DNA from: Squalus acanthias
Lineage: Eukaryota
Assembly (NCBI GenBank): GCA_030390025.1
Contig: CM059433.1
Span: 31,374,001 to 31,438,000, forward strand
Direction: 5' to 3'
DNA length: 64,000 nucleotides
Shown: positions 11,709-24,075 of the stretch, piece by piece
How the letters are laid out: every line of letters begins with the position of its first letter
Numbering within the stretch: the stretch's first letter is position 1
Translations under genes and position numbers: made by a program
The notes under the pieces: model-generated
Database searches by the model: none
What the model saw: only the letters and a program-made list of their open reading frames with translations
What the model was told of the DNA's origin: nothing

Positions 11709-12181
11709 GTCCAGCTAAAACTTATTAAAAGGGCTATCTTGAGGACGGTAACATCTTCAGGTTGTTCCTTTCCTTTAGAGAGAGATGGTCCAGACCTTTA
11801 GACCCAATTAAGCGTCTTTAGGATTCGGCTACCTCAAACTTTAGTTGAAAGTGTACATCTGGGGAATACGCCTGATCTATGGTAGCCCTAAAGGGGCTAG
11901 GACTAGTAATTATCCCTTCAGTATCACTCGATGCCATCATAATGGAGTAGAGGTTGCAGCATCAGCGAGTCCAGACCGGGAGAACCAGGCACGATGGCAG
12001 AGGACAGAAGCCCACCAGGCAAACCCCTACCCCACCCACTCTGTGCATGCAGCTGGTGGATAGCATTGGAAGACCTATTCACTTAGTCCCATTCCCCTGC
12101 ACTGTTCCCACATCCATTCATTTTTTCAAATTTCAAATTTCTTCAAAGCTATTCTGGATTCTGTTCCTGGTAGGATATTCA

Positions 12182-13076
12182 GGGGGAAAAATTCAGTATC
12201 GCCCCGTTTGGGGCGCAATTATTGGCCGGGCGCAAAGATTAGCACCTGGCGCTAATTATCGCCTCCGACTGCAAACTTGACTTTTATCGCCCCTGGAGGT
12301 GATTGGAGTGCTAATTCAGGCGCTACACATCTGTCTTAAGGTGCAAAGGCCGAGGAGCGAGGTGCTACCTCAGAGTGCTGGCGAAGCTCATGTGATGTCA
12401 GTCAGCAATGGAACACAGACACAATGGCCCCGGCCAGTTCTTAAAGGGGAGGGTTGATCTTGCTTTCCATCCACATCCTGCTCATTGCAGCCTTGAATCT
12501 TGGCCTGGAGAGACCTGTACATCAAATCTGCTGGAAAGAACAATGGAGAGGCCCAGGGAAAGAGCTCAGAGTGCAGCTCCCACAGTCTCTTCTAAATCGA
12601 TACAAGGAAGGGCAAATCAAAATGAACCTGCAAAGTGCTGCTCAGTACCCAAAACTCCTTCACACAGCGTTGAATCTCTCCAGAAGTCTCTCTCTCTCTC
12701 TCTCTCAGAATGCGTGGTTCAAAAATGTCGCCAACAAAAAAAGGCAGGAAGCGGTCGCCTTTAAATAGCGTTCCCCCAGTCCCTTCCTGACTGCAAAACG
12801 CTCCCCTCAACCTGTCGTTGCTAGCGTCAGGCAGTAAGGCAGGGGGCGCCACTCAATATCCGCTCCGGGGCGGTACTGGAGCGTTGCGCACTCGACTGAC
12901 GTCATGATGTGCCGGCGCAGGAGTTCGTGGCGGTACTGTTTAGCGCCGCTGCAAAATGTCTAGTTAATTTCGCGAGCGGCGCAAACATCGCCGCGCCCGG
13001 GCACTAGTTGTTTTGCGCCCCATTAGCGCCCTCTTAAGGCACTAACGGGAGGCGCAACCAACTGAATTTTTCCCCC
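12182..13076 (-). mobile_element. Harbinger MITE copy 1 (895 bp)
   Basis: TIR GGGGGAAAAATTCAGT, TSD TCA/TCA; both ends homologous to element 26842-30930. Confidence 0.95.
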
Positions 13077-13810
13077 TCAATGCCCGAACAACCCCATGTA
13101 CAAGAAGGGTTCTCCCAATCTCTCCTGCAGTTATTTTGGTGATGACATATTTATGCCATCTCGTTACTGGCCCATCGAAAAGTGGAAATTGTTGTTTTTC
13201 ACAATTACCTCATCCAGCCCTTCATAACCCCTCTTAACATTCAATGTCCTATTGAAAAATCCCAATGTCTCTAGTTCGTTAATATAATGACAACAACAAC
13301 TTGTATTTATATAGCACCTTTAACGTAGTAAAACATCCCAAGGCACTTTACAGGAGTATTATAAGACAAAAATTTGACACTGAGCCACATAAGGAGAAAT
13401 TAGGGCCGATGACCAAAAGCTTGGTCCAAGAGGTAGGTTTTAAGGAGCGTTTTAAAGGAGGAGAGAGAGGTAGAGAGGCGGAGAGGTTTAGGGAGGGAAT
13501 TCCAGAGCTTCGGGCCTCGGCAGCTGAAGGTGCGGCCACTAATGGTTGAGCGATTATAATCAGGGATGCTCAAGTGGACAGAATTAGAGGAGCGCAGATA
13601 TCTCAGGGGGGTTGTGGGGCTGGAGGAGATTACAGAGATAGGGAGGGGCGAGGCCATGGAGGGATTTGAAAACAAGGATGAGAATTTTGAAATCGAGGCG
13701 TTGCTTAACCGGGAGCCATTGTATGTCAGCGAGCACAGGGGTGATGGGTGAACGGGACTTGGTGCAAGTTAGGACATGGGCAGCCGGGTTTTGGATGACA
13801 TCAAGTTACA

Positions 13811-15805
13811 TTGTTTATACCAATCTGGCATAAAAGGAAATCTAAAAAGGTGACTCAACCGTGGATAACAGGGGAAATTAGAGACAGCATAAAATCCAAA
13901 GATAGGGCGTATAAAATAGCCAAAAAAAGCGCCAGAGCGGAAGATTGGGAACAGTTTAAGATAGAGCAAAGGAGGACAAAGGGCTTAATCAAGAGGGGCA
14001 AAATAGCTTACGAAAGCAAGCTGGCGGAAAATATAAAAACTAACTCCAAAAGCTTTTATAAGTATATCAAGAGGAAAAGACTGGTGAAAACCAAAGTTGG
14101 TCCATTGCAGTCAGATACGGGGGAATATATAACGGGAAATAAGGAAATGGCAGACCAACTAAATGCATACTTTGGGTCAGTCTTTACGAAGGAAGACACA
14201 AAAAACCTCCCTGGGATATCGGGAAAAATAGGGACATTGGCAAAGGAGGAACTGACGCAAATCAATATCTCTAAGGATATGGTGTTAAGGAAGCTAAAGG
14301 GATTGAAGGCGGACAAATCCCCAGGGCCTGATAACATGCATCCTAGGGTACTGAAGGAGGTGGCCCTAGAGATAGCGGATGCACTAAGTATGATTTTTCA
14401 GAATTCATTAGACTCGGGAACAGTGCCCATGGATTGGAGGGTAGCTAACGTTACCCCACTATTCAAAAAGGGGGGTAGGGAAAAAGCAGGTAATTACAGA
14501 CCTGTAAGCCTTACATCAGTTGTGGGCAAAATGCTGGAGTCCATCATTAAGGATGAAATAGCGGAGCACTTAGCAAATGGGGACAGGATAGGACAGAGTC
14601 AACATGGATTTACAAAGGGTAAATCGTGCTTGACTAATCTATTGGAATTTTTTGAGGGAGTAACTGGTAAAATAGATGGGGGAGAGCCAGTAGATGTGGT
14701 ATACCTGGACTTCCAAAAGGCCTTCGATAAGGTCCCACATAAAAGGTTAGCATGGAAAATTGAAGCTCATGGGATAAAGGGGAAAGTATTGACGTGGATA
14801 GAGAACTGGCTGTCAGATAGAAAACAGAGAGTTGGAATAAACGGCTCATTTTCTGAATGGCAGGCAGTAACAAGTGGGGTACCACAGGGATCTGTCCTGG
14901 GTCCCCAGCTGTTCACAATTTACATTAATGACCTGGATCAGGGAGTCGGATGCAGCATTTCCAAATTTGCAGACGACACTAAACTAGGAGGGGGGGTGGG
15001 CTCAGAGGAGGAGACCAGGAAGCTCCAGAGCGATTTGGACAGACTGGGTGATTGGGCGGATAAATGGCAGATGCACTATAATGTGGACAAGTGCGAAGTT
15101 ATCCACCTTGGGTGCAGGAACGGGAGGGCAAATTATTATTTAAATGGCAATAAATTGGGAGAGGGGGAAGTACAGAGAGACCTGGGTGTTCTTGTACACC
15201 AGTCACTGAAGGCGAGCATGCAGGTGCAACAGGCGGTCAAGAAGGCAAACGGTATGCTGGCCTTCATAGCAAAAGGGTTGGAATACAGGAACAGGAATAC
15301 CTTGCTGCAGCTGTACAGGGCACTGGTGAGACCACACCTCGAGTACTGTGTACAGTTTTGGTCGCCTCATCTGAGGAAAGATGTTCTTGCCATGGAGGGG
15401 GTGCAGCGGCGATTCACCAGGCTGATACCAGGAATGGCGGGATTGACCTATGAGGAGAGACTATGTAGTTTAGGGATGTACACACTGGAGTTTAGAAGAT
15501 TGAGAGGGGACCTCATAGAAGTGTATAAAATTCTGACAGGTCTAGACAGACTAGATGCAGAAGGAATGTTTCCCTTGGCGGGTGAGAACAGAACTAGAGG
15601 ACATAATTTAAGGATAAGGGCTAAACCATTTAGGACAGAAATGAGGGGGAATTTCTTCACTCAGAGGGTGGTGAACCTGTGGAACACATTGCCACAGAGG
15701 GCAGTGTACGCCAGCTCATTAAATATATTTAAGAGGGAATTAGATATATTTCTACAGGCAAAAGGGGTTAAGGGTTACGGAGAGAAGGCGGGGACGGGAT
15801 ACTGA
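13811..15805 (+). CDS. CR1 ORF2 reverse transcriptase, open 664-codon frame lacking the endonuclease and native start
   Basis: KSPGPD, NYRPVSLTS, QHGF, YLDFQKAFDKVPH, GVPQGSVLGP, FADDTK. Confidence 0.9.
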   Translation: MFIPIWHKRKSKKVTQPWITGEIRDSIKSKDRAYKIAKKSARAEDWEQFKIEQRRTKGLIKRGKIAYESKLAENIKTNSKSFYKYIKRKRLVKTKVGPLQSDTGEYITGNKEMADQLNAYFGSVFTKEDTKNLPGISGKIGTLAKEELTQINISKDMVLRKLKGLKADKSPGPDNMHPRVLKEVALEIADALSMIFQNSLDSGTVPMDWRVANVTPLFKKGGREKAGNYRPVSLTSVVGKMLESIIKDEIAEHLANGDRIGQSQHGFTKGKSCLTNLLEFFEGVTGKIDGGEPVDVVYLDFQKAFDKVPHKRLAWKIEAHGIKGKVLTWIENWLSDRKQRVGINGSFSEWQAVTSGVPQGSVLGPQLFTIYINDLDQGVGCSISKFADDTKLGGGVGSEEETRKLQSDLDRLGDWADKWQMHYNVDKCEVIHLGCRNGRANYYLNGNKLGEGEVQRDLGVLVHQSLKASMQVQQAVKKANGMLAFIAKGLEYRNRNTLLQLYRALVRPHLEYCVQFWSPHLRKDVLAMEGVQRRFTRLIPGMAGLTYEERLCSLGMYTLEFRRLRGDLIEVYKILTGLDRLDAEGMFPLAGENRTRGHNLRIRAKPFRTEMRGNFFTQRVVNLWNTLPQRAVYASSLNIFKRELDIFLQAKGVKGYGEKAGTGY

Positions 15806-15904
15806 ATTGGAGGATCAGCCATGATCTCATTAAATGGCGGAGCAGGCTCGAAGGGCCGGATGGCCTACTCCTGCTCCTATCTTCTATGTATCTATGTATC
15901 TATG
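13812..15904 (+). mobile_element. Young CR1 LINE, 5'-truncated
   Basis: TSD TACAT (13807-13811 / 15905-15909), (TATCTATG)n tail, uninterrupted ORF2. Confidence 0.95.
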
Positions 15905-16604
15905 TACATAGGGTAGAATGTGGGAGGCCAGCCAGGAGTGCGTTGGTATAGTCAAGTCTTGAGGTAACAAAGGCATGGATGAGGGTTTCATAGCGGATGA
16001 GCTGAGGTGGGGTGGAGACGGCGATGTTACGGAGGTGGAAATAGGCGGTCTAACTAAACAACAACAGCAACTTGTATTTATATCGCGCCTTTAACGTAGT
16101 AAAACGTCACAAGGGTGCTTCACAGGAGCGCTCTCAAACAAAATGTGACACCGAGCCACATAAGGAGATATTAGGGCTGATGACCAAAAGCTTGGTCAAA
16201 GAGGTAGGTTTTAAGGAGGGAAAAAAAGTAGGTTTTAAAGCCTTTTATCTCCGGTTTAAATCTCTCCAAGGCCTTGATATCCTTCCTAAAGTAGAGTGCT
16301 CAAATCTCAACACAATATTCCAACTGCAGCCTAATCAATAATGGATAGGTTTGTTATTACCTTAGCTTTTGTACTCAATGCCTCCATTTATAAAACCTAG
16401 GATCCTATATGCATTTTTTAATTAAACACAGCTTTATCAACTTGTTCTCCTGCTTTTAAAGATTTGTATATTTGAACCTCTTAGTATCTCTGGTCCACTA
16501 CATCTTTGAAAGTTCCACCATTTAGTGTACATTTTCTCTCCTTATTCTTCCTTGCAAACTGTATTGCCTCACTATTCTGCTCATTCCATTCTAATACACT
16601 TAAT

Positions 16605-17505
16605 GGGGGAAAAATTCAGTTGGTTGCGCCTCCCGTTAGCGCCTTAAGAGGGCGTTAATGGGGCGCAAAGCATCTAGCGCCCAGGCACGGCGAAGTTTGC
16701 GCTGCTCGCGAAATTAACTAGACATGTTGCGGCGGCGCTAAACACTACCGCCACGATCTCCTGTGCCGGCAGATCGTGACGTCAGTCGAGTGCGCAACGC
16801 CCCGGTATCGCTCCGGAGCGGATATTGAGTGGCGCCCCCTGCCTTACCGCCTGACACTAGCAACGACAGTTTGAGTGGAGCGTTCTGCAGTCATGAAGGG
16901 AAAGGGGGAGCGCTATTTAAAGGTGACCGCTTCCTGCCTTTTATTGTTGGTGCCATTTTTGAACTATGCATTCTGAGAGAGAGAGAGAGAGAGAGAGAGA
17001 CTTCTGGAGAGATTCAACGTTGTGTGAAGGAGTTTTGGGTACTGAGCAGCACTTTGCAGGTTCATTTTGACTTGCCATTCCTTGTATCGATTTAGAAGAG
17101 ACTGTGGGGGCTGCACTCTGAGCTCTTTGCCTGGTACTCTCCATTGTTCTTTCCAGCAGATTTGATGTGCAGGTCTCTCCAGGCCGAGATTCAAGGCTGC
17201 AATGAGCAGGATGTGGATGGAAAGCAAGATTAACCATCCCCTTTAAGAACTGGCCCGTGCCATTGTGTGTGTGTTCCATTGCTGACTGACATTACATGAG
17301 CTTCGCCAGCGCTCTGAGGTAGCGCTTCACTCCTCGGCCTTTGCGCCTTAAGACAGGTGTGAAGCGTCTGATTTAGCGCTGCAATCACCTGCAGGGGCGA
17401 TAAAAGTCAAGTTTGCAGTCGGTGGCGATAATTAGCGCCAGGCGCTAATCTTTGCGCCCGGCCGATAATTGCGCCCCAAATGGGGCGATACTGAATTTCT
17501 CCCCC
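16605..17505 (+). mobile_element. Harbinger MITE copy 2 (901 bp)
   Basis: TIRs GGGGGAAAAATTCAGT / ACTGAATTTCTCCCCC, TSD AAT/AAT. Confidence 0.95.
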
Positions 17506-17814
17506 AATATGTCTTCTTGATGTCAATGACCGTTCTCTCTGTAGTAAACTGTGCTCCCTATTTTAGTCATCTGCAAATGTTGATATAGAGGCATTGGTGA
17601 AGGTGCAAAAAAGATTCACAAGGATGATACCAGAACTGAGAGGATATATTTATCCAGAAAGGCTGGACAGACTGTGGCTGTTTTCTCTAGAAAAGAGAAG
17701 GCTGAGGGGTGACCTGCTAGAGTTCTTTAAGATAATGAAAGGGTTTAATAGGGTAGATGTAGAGAAAATAATTCCACTTGTGGGGGAGTCCACAATTAGA
17801 GGTCATGAATAAAA

Positions 17815-19315
17815 GGAAGTCACTTGCCATAATTTTCCAATCTTCGCTAGATGCAGGGGAGGTGCCTGAGGATTGGAAAGTGGCAAATGTGACATCCTTG
17901 TTCAAGAAAGGGTGTAAGGACAATCCTAGTAACTACAGGCCAGTTTAACATCAGTGGTGGGTAAAGTTTTAGAAACAATAATCAAGGAAAAAATTAACAG
18001 GCATTTGGAGAGGTTTAAGCTAATTAAGGAGAGACAACACGGGTTTGAAAAAGGAAGATCATGTTTGACTAATCTAATTGAATTTTTTGATTAAGTAACA
18101 GAGAGGATTGATGAAGGGAATGCAATGGATGTTGTCTACATGGATTTTCAGAAGGCGTTTGACAAAGTACCACATAGAAGGCTGGTTAACAAAATTGAGG
18201 CTCATGGAATAGGTGGGTCAGTGGCAGCTTTGATATGGAATTGGCTTAAGGACTGAAAACAGCGAGTTGTGGTAAATGGCTGTTTTTCAGACTGGAGGAT
18301 GGTAGACAGTGGTGTTCCCCAAGGATCAGTGCTGGGGCCACTGCTTTTTTTGATATATATAAATTACCTGGATATTGGAATACAGAGTAGAATTTCTAAA
18401 TTTGCTGATGACACCAAACTTGGGTGTGTGGCAAACTGTGACGATGATACTAATCGATTACAACAGGACATAGAAAGGCTAGCAGAATGGGCAGACAAGT
18501 GCCAGATGGAATTTAATACAGAGAAGTGTGAGGTGATGCATTTTGGCAGAAGGAACAGGGAGAGGCAATATACACTTAATGGCAGTTTTAAAGAGTGTGC
18601 AGGGACAGAGGGACCTGTGAGTTAATGTGCATAGGTCCCTGAAGGTGGCAGGACATATCGAGAGAGTGGTTAACAAAGCATATGGGATCTTGGGCTTCAT
18701 AAATAGAGGTATTGAGTACAAAAGTAGAGAAGTTATGCTGAACCTTTATAAAGCGCTGGTTAGTCCACAACTGGAGTATTGCGTCCAGTTCTGGTTACCA
18801 CACTTTAGGAAAGATGTGAAGGCCCTTGAGAGGGTGCAGAGGAGATTTAACAGAATGGCTCCGGGGATGGGGGATCTTAGCTATAAGGACAGATTGGAGA
18901 AGCTGGATTTGTTTTCATTAGAGCAAAGGAGGTTGAGGGGTGATTTGATAGAGGTGTACAAGATTATGACGGGTTTGGATAGGCTAGATGGGGAAAGGCT
19001 GTTCCCACTAGTTGATGGTACAAGGACTAGGGGACACAAATTTTAAGGTTTTGGGCAAGAGATACAGGGGGGATGTGAGGAAAAACTTTTTTACACAGTG
19101 AGTGGTGATGACCTGGGATTCGCTGCCGACGGAAGTGGTGGAAGCGGAGACACTCAATGTTTTCAAGGGGAGACTGGATAGGCACTTGAGGGAAATACAC
19201 TTGCAGGGCTATGGGGCTAGAGCAGGGGAATGGGACTGACTGGATTACTCTACAGAGAGCCAGCACGGACTCGATGGGCCGAATGGCCTCCTTCTGTATA
19301 ACTCTATGACTCTAT
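17815..19315 (+). mobile_element. CR1 LINE, degenerate RT and 3' end (preceded by an older CR1 fragment at 17593-17810)
   Basis: [25 protein letters not shown] with stops and frameshifts; (ACTCTATG)n tail. Confidence 0.92.
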
Positions 19316-20209
19316 GGGGGAGAAATTCAGTATCGCCCCATTTGGGGTGCAATTATCGGCCGGGCGCAAAGATTAGCGCCTGGCGCTAATTATCGCCACC
19401 GACTGCAAACTTGACTTTTATCGCCCCTGGAGGTGATTGGAGCGCTAAATCAGGCGCTTCACACCTGTCTTAAGGCGCAAAGGCCGAGGAGCGAGGCGCT
19501 ACCTCAGAGCGCTGGCGAAGCTCATGTGATGTCAGTCAGCAATGGAACACACACACAATGGCACCGGCCAGTTCTTAAAGGGGATGGTTGATCTTGCTTT
19601 CCATCCACATCCTGCTCATTGCAGCCTTGAATCCCGGCCTGGAGAGACCTGCACATCAAATCTGCTGGAAAGAACAATGGAGAGTACCAGGGAAAGAGCT
19701 TAGAGTGCAGCCCCCACAGTCTCTTCTAAATCGATACAAGGAATGGCAAATCAAAATGAACCTGCAAAGTGCTGCTCAGTACCCAAAACTCCTTCACACA
19801 GCATTGAATCTCTCCAGAAGTCTCTCTCTCTCTCTCTCAGAATGCGTGGTTCAAAAATGGCACCAACAATAAAAGGCAGGAAGTGGTCGCCTTTAAATAG
19901 CGCTCCCCCAGTCCCTTCATGACTGCAAAACGCTCCCCTCAACCTGTCGTTGCTAGCGTCAGGCGGTAAGGCAGGGGGCGCCACTCAATATCTGCTACGG
20001 GACGATACCGGGGCGTTGCGCACTCGACTGACGTCACGATCTGCCGGCGCAGGAGATCGTGGCGATAGTGTTTAGCACCGCCTGCAAAATGTCTAGTTAA
20101 TTTCGCGAGCGGCGCAAACATCGCCGCGCCTGGGCGCTAGATGCTTTGTGCCCCATTAGCGCCCTCTTAAGGCGCTAACGGGAGGCACAACCAACTGAAT
20201 TTTTCCCCC
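19316..20209 (-). mobile_element. Harbinger MITE copy 3 (894 bp)
   Basis: TIRs as in the other copies, TSD TAT/TAT inside the CR1 tail. Confidence 0.95.
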
Positions 20210-20929
20210 TATGACTAATAAATCCAATAAGGAATTCAGGAAAAATGTTTTTAGCCAGAGAGTGGTGAGAATGTGGAACTCGCTATTACATGGAGTAGCA
20301 TAGATGCATTTAAGGAGAAGCTAGATAAGTAAGTGAGGGAGAATGGAATAGAAGGATATGGAGATAGAGTTAGATAAAGTAGGGTGGGAGGAGACTTGTG
20401 TGCAGGATAAATACCAGGATACACCAGTTGTGCTATAAAATTTAAGGTGGTGCATGCAAAGCTAAACAATATCAAAAATATTTGGGACCATCTCATGTAA
20501 AGCCCATTCCCAACATGTTACCTACAACACCATACACATCGTGTTTCTATTTTTCATGTACTGAATTTTATATTCACATAATGCAATCATTTTAGCTGAT
20601 TGTCATGTAAAACAATGTTGTGAGTTGGGTCAATATCATTGCTAGATCTAATCCACAGACACATGCAGATATTTAGCAATCCCTGCAAAACACACACAGA
20701 AATCAGCAACCTCTGATAAAACCCAACACACTCATTAGCAATTAGAAGAAGAAGGAGTTGAGAAAAAGCCATTCCATTCATACGAAGCATATTGATTTAT
20801 ATTTAAGTCATGTACAGACAACTTTCATCTTTTAAACATGATTACAGGTAAATGGCAATTAATGCAAATTAGCGAACTGAATTGGAAATGAATAGAAAGC
20901 AGGAGGTAGCAAGAAAAAGACACACACTA

Positions 20930-22640
20930 GGGCTAGATTTTCAACTTGCCGCCCTGACAAAAAACTGGCATTACAGATCGGGCACCCGTTATAGAAACCG
21001 CCCAGTTTTAAAAGTCCAAATCCCTCCATGGCCTCGCCCCTCCCTACTTCTGTAACCTCCTCCAGCCCTACAAGCCTCCAAGGTCCTCCAATTCTGGCCT
21101 CCTGCGCATTCCCGATTTTCCATCGGTCCACCATTGGTGGCAGTGCCTTCAGAAACCTTCAGACACTGGGGCTAAAAATTCATTACAGCCAAGGAATGGG
21201 TGGAGTTAGGACATAAGATTGTGAATTTGCGCCAGGCGAAAATGCTCTAGACTGCATGCAAAATTTGTCCTCACTGCTCAATAAAATGATTGGAGTCTTA
21301 AATCAAGTCTAAAACCCAAGCTCATTGGTGTTGCACTTAAAGACTGGACCAATATCGGGTGCAGTCTAATCGCAACTCATGATTGCCACAGGCTTTTTTC
21401 ACTGCTTAAAGGGGAGCTTCATTGATGCTACAGCACCTCATTCTCAGCATTGATGGCTGTGAAGCTGCCTCAACAACCATAAGAAGAAAGACAAGGAGAA
21501 GGAGCACTTATTGCAGATCGCCACCCCAGGGAGAGAGCCTGCAGGTTTTCCCATGAAGCTTTGGAGGCATTGGTTTTAGTGCCGGAGAGAAGGCGGTACC
21601 CACCAACTGGCAGGAGGCCCTCGCCACAAGTCTGCCGCACTATGTGGAGGGAGGTGGCACACCACATCACAGCCCGCCCGTCTGGAAGCCCGATTGTCCG
21701 GCTGCCTCCTCCCTCCTTCCTGTTCCTCGTCTTCTTCCTCCTTGTCTTCTTTTGCCTCGTTTTCTTCCTCCTCATCCTCGTCCTCTTCCCTCTGTGCACA
21801 TGTTCCCGGCTTTCTCGCTGCCTACGTTCCCGCCGCTGTAGATCCTGGAGGGTGAGGTGGTATGCCAGTACAGCCCCCATTAATCTTAGCAAGTGTTGCA
21901 GTTTGAATCTTTGAAGAATAAATGTAGCTACTTTGTATTTGCCACAAGACTCCTGATACAAAAGAACCTTGAAATTACTCAATGAAACTATTGCAATAGC
22001 TGAAACTAACAAAATGTCACTGAAACTGCACTAACCTGACAGGTGCCAGTGATTACTATTGATCCCTTTAAATAACGTCCCTGCAGCCGGCTTCCTGGTG
22101 CTGCACACCAGCTCTCCCTGTCAGTGTTTACTCTAGGCGGTGAGGTAAGTGGCTAAAAGCACTTTGGGAAATTGGGCATTCAGTGAGCGTTGCACATTCA
22201 CTGAAATCACGATCTCCTTGGCGTTAAGGTCCCCGGCGATTGCTGTTATCGGCAGCACTACGAGGGGTCCCGATTTAGCATGCAGCGCTGGATTCGCCTC
22301 GCCCTGTCGGTACTGGTCTCAACGCAGCATTAGCACCATCTACTGGTGCTAACGGGCAGCGCTAAAGGGATGAATTTTTCCCTCCTAGCTCCTAAGCTCT
22401 AGAAGTCCCTCCCTAAACCTCTCCGCTTCTCTACCTCTCTCTCTCCTCCTCTTAAGGCACTCCTTAAAACCTACCTTTTGGTCACCTGTCCTACTATCTC
22501 CTTATGTGACACGGTGTCAAATTTTGTTTGATAATGCTCCTGTGAAGTGCCTTGGTACGTTTTACTGCTTTAAAGACGCTATATAAATCCAAGTTGTTGT
22601 TGCTGTTTTACGCCCGGGCAGCAAGATGAAAATCTATCCA
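20930..22640. mobile_element. Small TIR element containing a nested L2 fragment (~21015-22605)
   Basis: GGGCTAGATTTTCAACTT ... AAGATGAAAATCTATCC inverted ends; L2 3' sequence with (GTT)n tail in between. Confidence 0.55.
21169..22384. mobile_element. Harbinger internal-deletion derivative keeping the 5' heads of both genes
   Basis: TIRs GGGCTAAAAATT / AATTTTTCCCTC, flanks CTG/CTA; plus-strand RF..EALEALV...GRRP.PQV.R.MWREVA; minus-strand MGAVLAYHLTLQ. Confidence 0.8.
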
Positions 22641-24075
22641 ACTGTGTCAGGGGGATGGTGGTTGATGGAAGTGGAGGGTGTTCTGGGTCCCATTCTGCTT
22701 ACACAACTTATAAGTGACTTAGAAGAAGGTATGTGTGGAACAACACAGTAATTTGTTATGATCTGGAATGCACTGCCTGAAAAGGTGGAGGAAGCAGATT
22801 CAATAGTAACTGTCAAAAAGTAATTGGATAAATACTGGGCTATCTGGAAAGAGCAGGCGAGCACGACTAACTGGATAGCTCTTTCAAAGAGATGGCATAA
22901 TGGGCCGAATAGCCTCCTTGTATGCTGTATGATTTGCCAATGGCACCAAACTACGTAAGATGACTCTACAGGTGTCATTAAATACCTCCTTTACAACCTT
23001 TTGCTCAGATGAATGAGAGAAAGTTGCATAAGTTGGGTATCTGACTAGCATGAACACCAGAGGAGGATAATGCTTAATATATGGTTACAAAAAGATTTGG
23101 TGATTGTATTTCTGTGAGGGTTGGGGGGTTCTCCCGATTGTCCATCTTATCTTCAGTGGAAAACCTGGAGAAATGGCATAAACACCATTTGTGCCAATTC
23201 CGCAAATCTTCTGCTGAGGTTACGGTGGACAATTGGGAGAACTCTGGCGGAAATTTGAGCCCTGACGTTCTTAAATAAACAAAGCACCTCATTCAGATAA
23301 CTTCGACCCATGAGTTTTAAAGGACACGAGAACTGAAGTCAGTGAAATTTCAACATCTTTTTGTACATTCACTAAATTCAGGAGAGATTCCTAAATAGAG
23401 CAGAAGGAGGCTAACATAACCTCATTAGTTAAGAATGGTCAAGAGACACATCTGAAAACTACAGACCAGTAAGTTTAACATCTGTTGCAGAGAAAGTCTT
23501 TGAAATGATTCAGTGGGTAAACATTTGAGAGAAAGTTAAAGGACAGTCAGCAGTAGCTATGGGTTAATGCTACGGTTTGTAAAAGAAAGAACTTGATTTT
23601 TTATAGTGCCTGATCACATCTCTCAGACATGTCCCAAAGCTCTTGCATGCAGTGAATTACTTTGATGTTAAGTCATTGTTTGAGAAGATGAACACAGCAC
23701 CTCTTTTGTGCACTGCAAGGTGCCTGAATGAGCTGAGTCCAATTAATCTGGGTTTGTTTTGGTGGTGGGTGAAGGATGAGTATTAGCCAGGACACTAAAA
23801 AAACCCTCACTGCTCTTCTTTTAAATAGTGCCGTGGAATCTTTCCCATTCACGTGAACATCTGAAGGACAGCAATTCCCTCAGTAATGAAATGTCAGCCT
23901 GCATTATGCACTCCAGTGCTATCACTTGAACGCACAACCTGCTGACTCAGACCAAGACTGCGAGCAACTGACACTTGGTAACATAGTGAACAGCAAAAGA
24001 AAAAAATGATACAGATTTATTTTTCTTCCCACTTTGTAAAGTGCTTGGAATTTTTTTTAATGTTAAAGATGCTGA

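Larger units (their letters stand above)
13288..16220 (-). mobile_element. L2-type LINE 3' fragments (13288-13806 + 15910-16050; second tail 16058-16220), interrupted by CR1
   Basis: (CAA)n tails; reverse-strand ...RSTI.GR.FS..GPKLWNSLP..LR...FK.LLKTYL. Confidence 0.8.

Noticed and set aside
12408..12768. Recurrent ORFs in the MITEs (also 16941, 19588, 45414)
   Set aside because: They recur only because the MITE is repeated; lengths and frames vary with the (CT)n tract. Only the first ~9 codons of the Myb gene are real coding remnants.
20587..20790. Cys-containing minus-strand ORF as another EGF exon
   Set aside because: No EGF cysteine spacing and no convincing splice sites.
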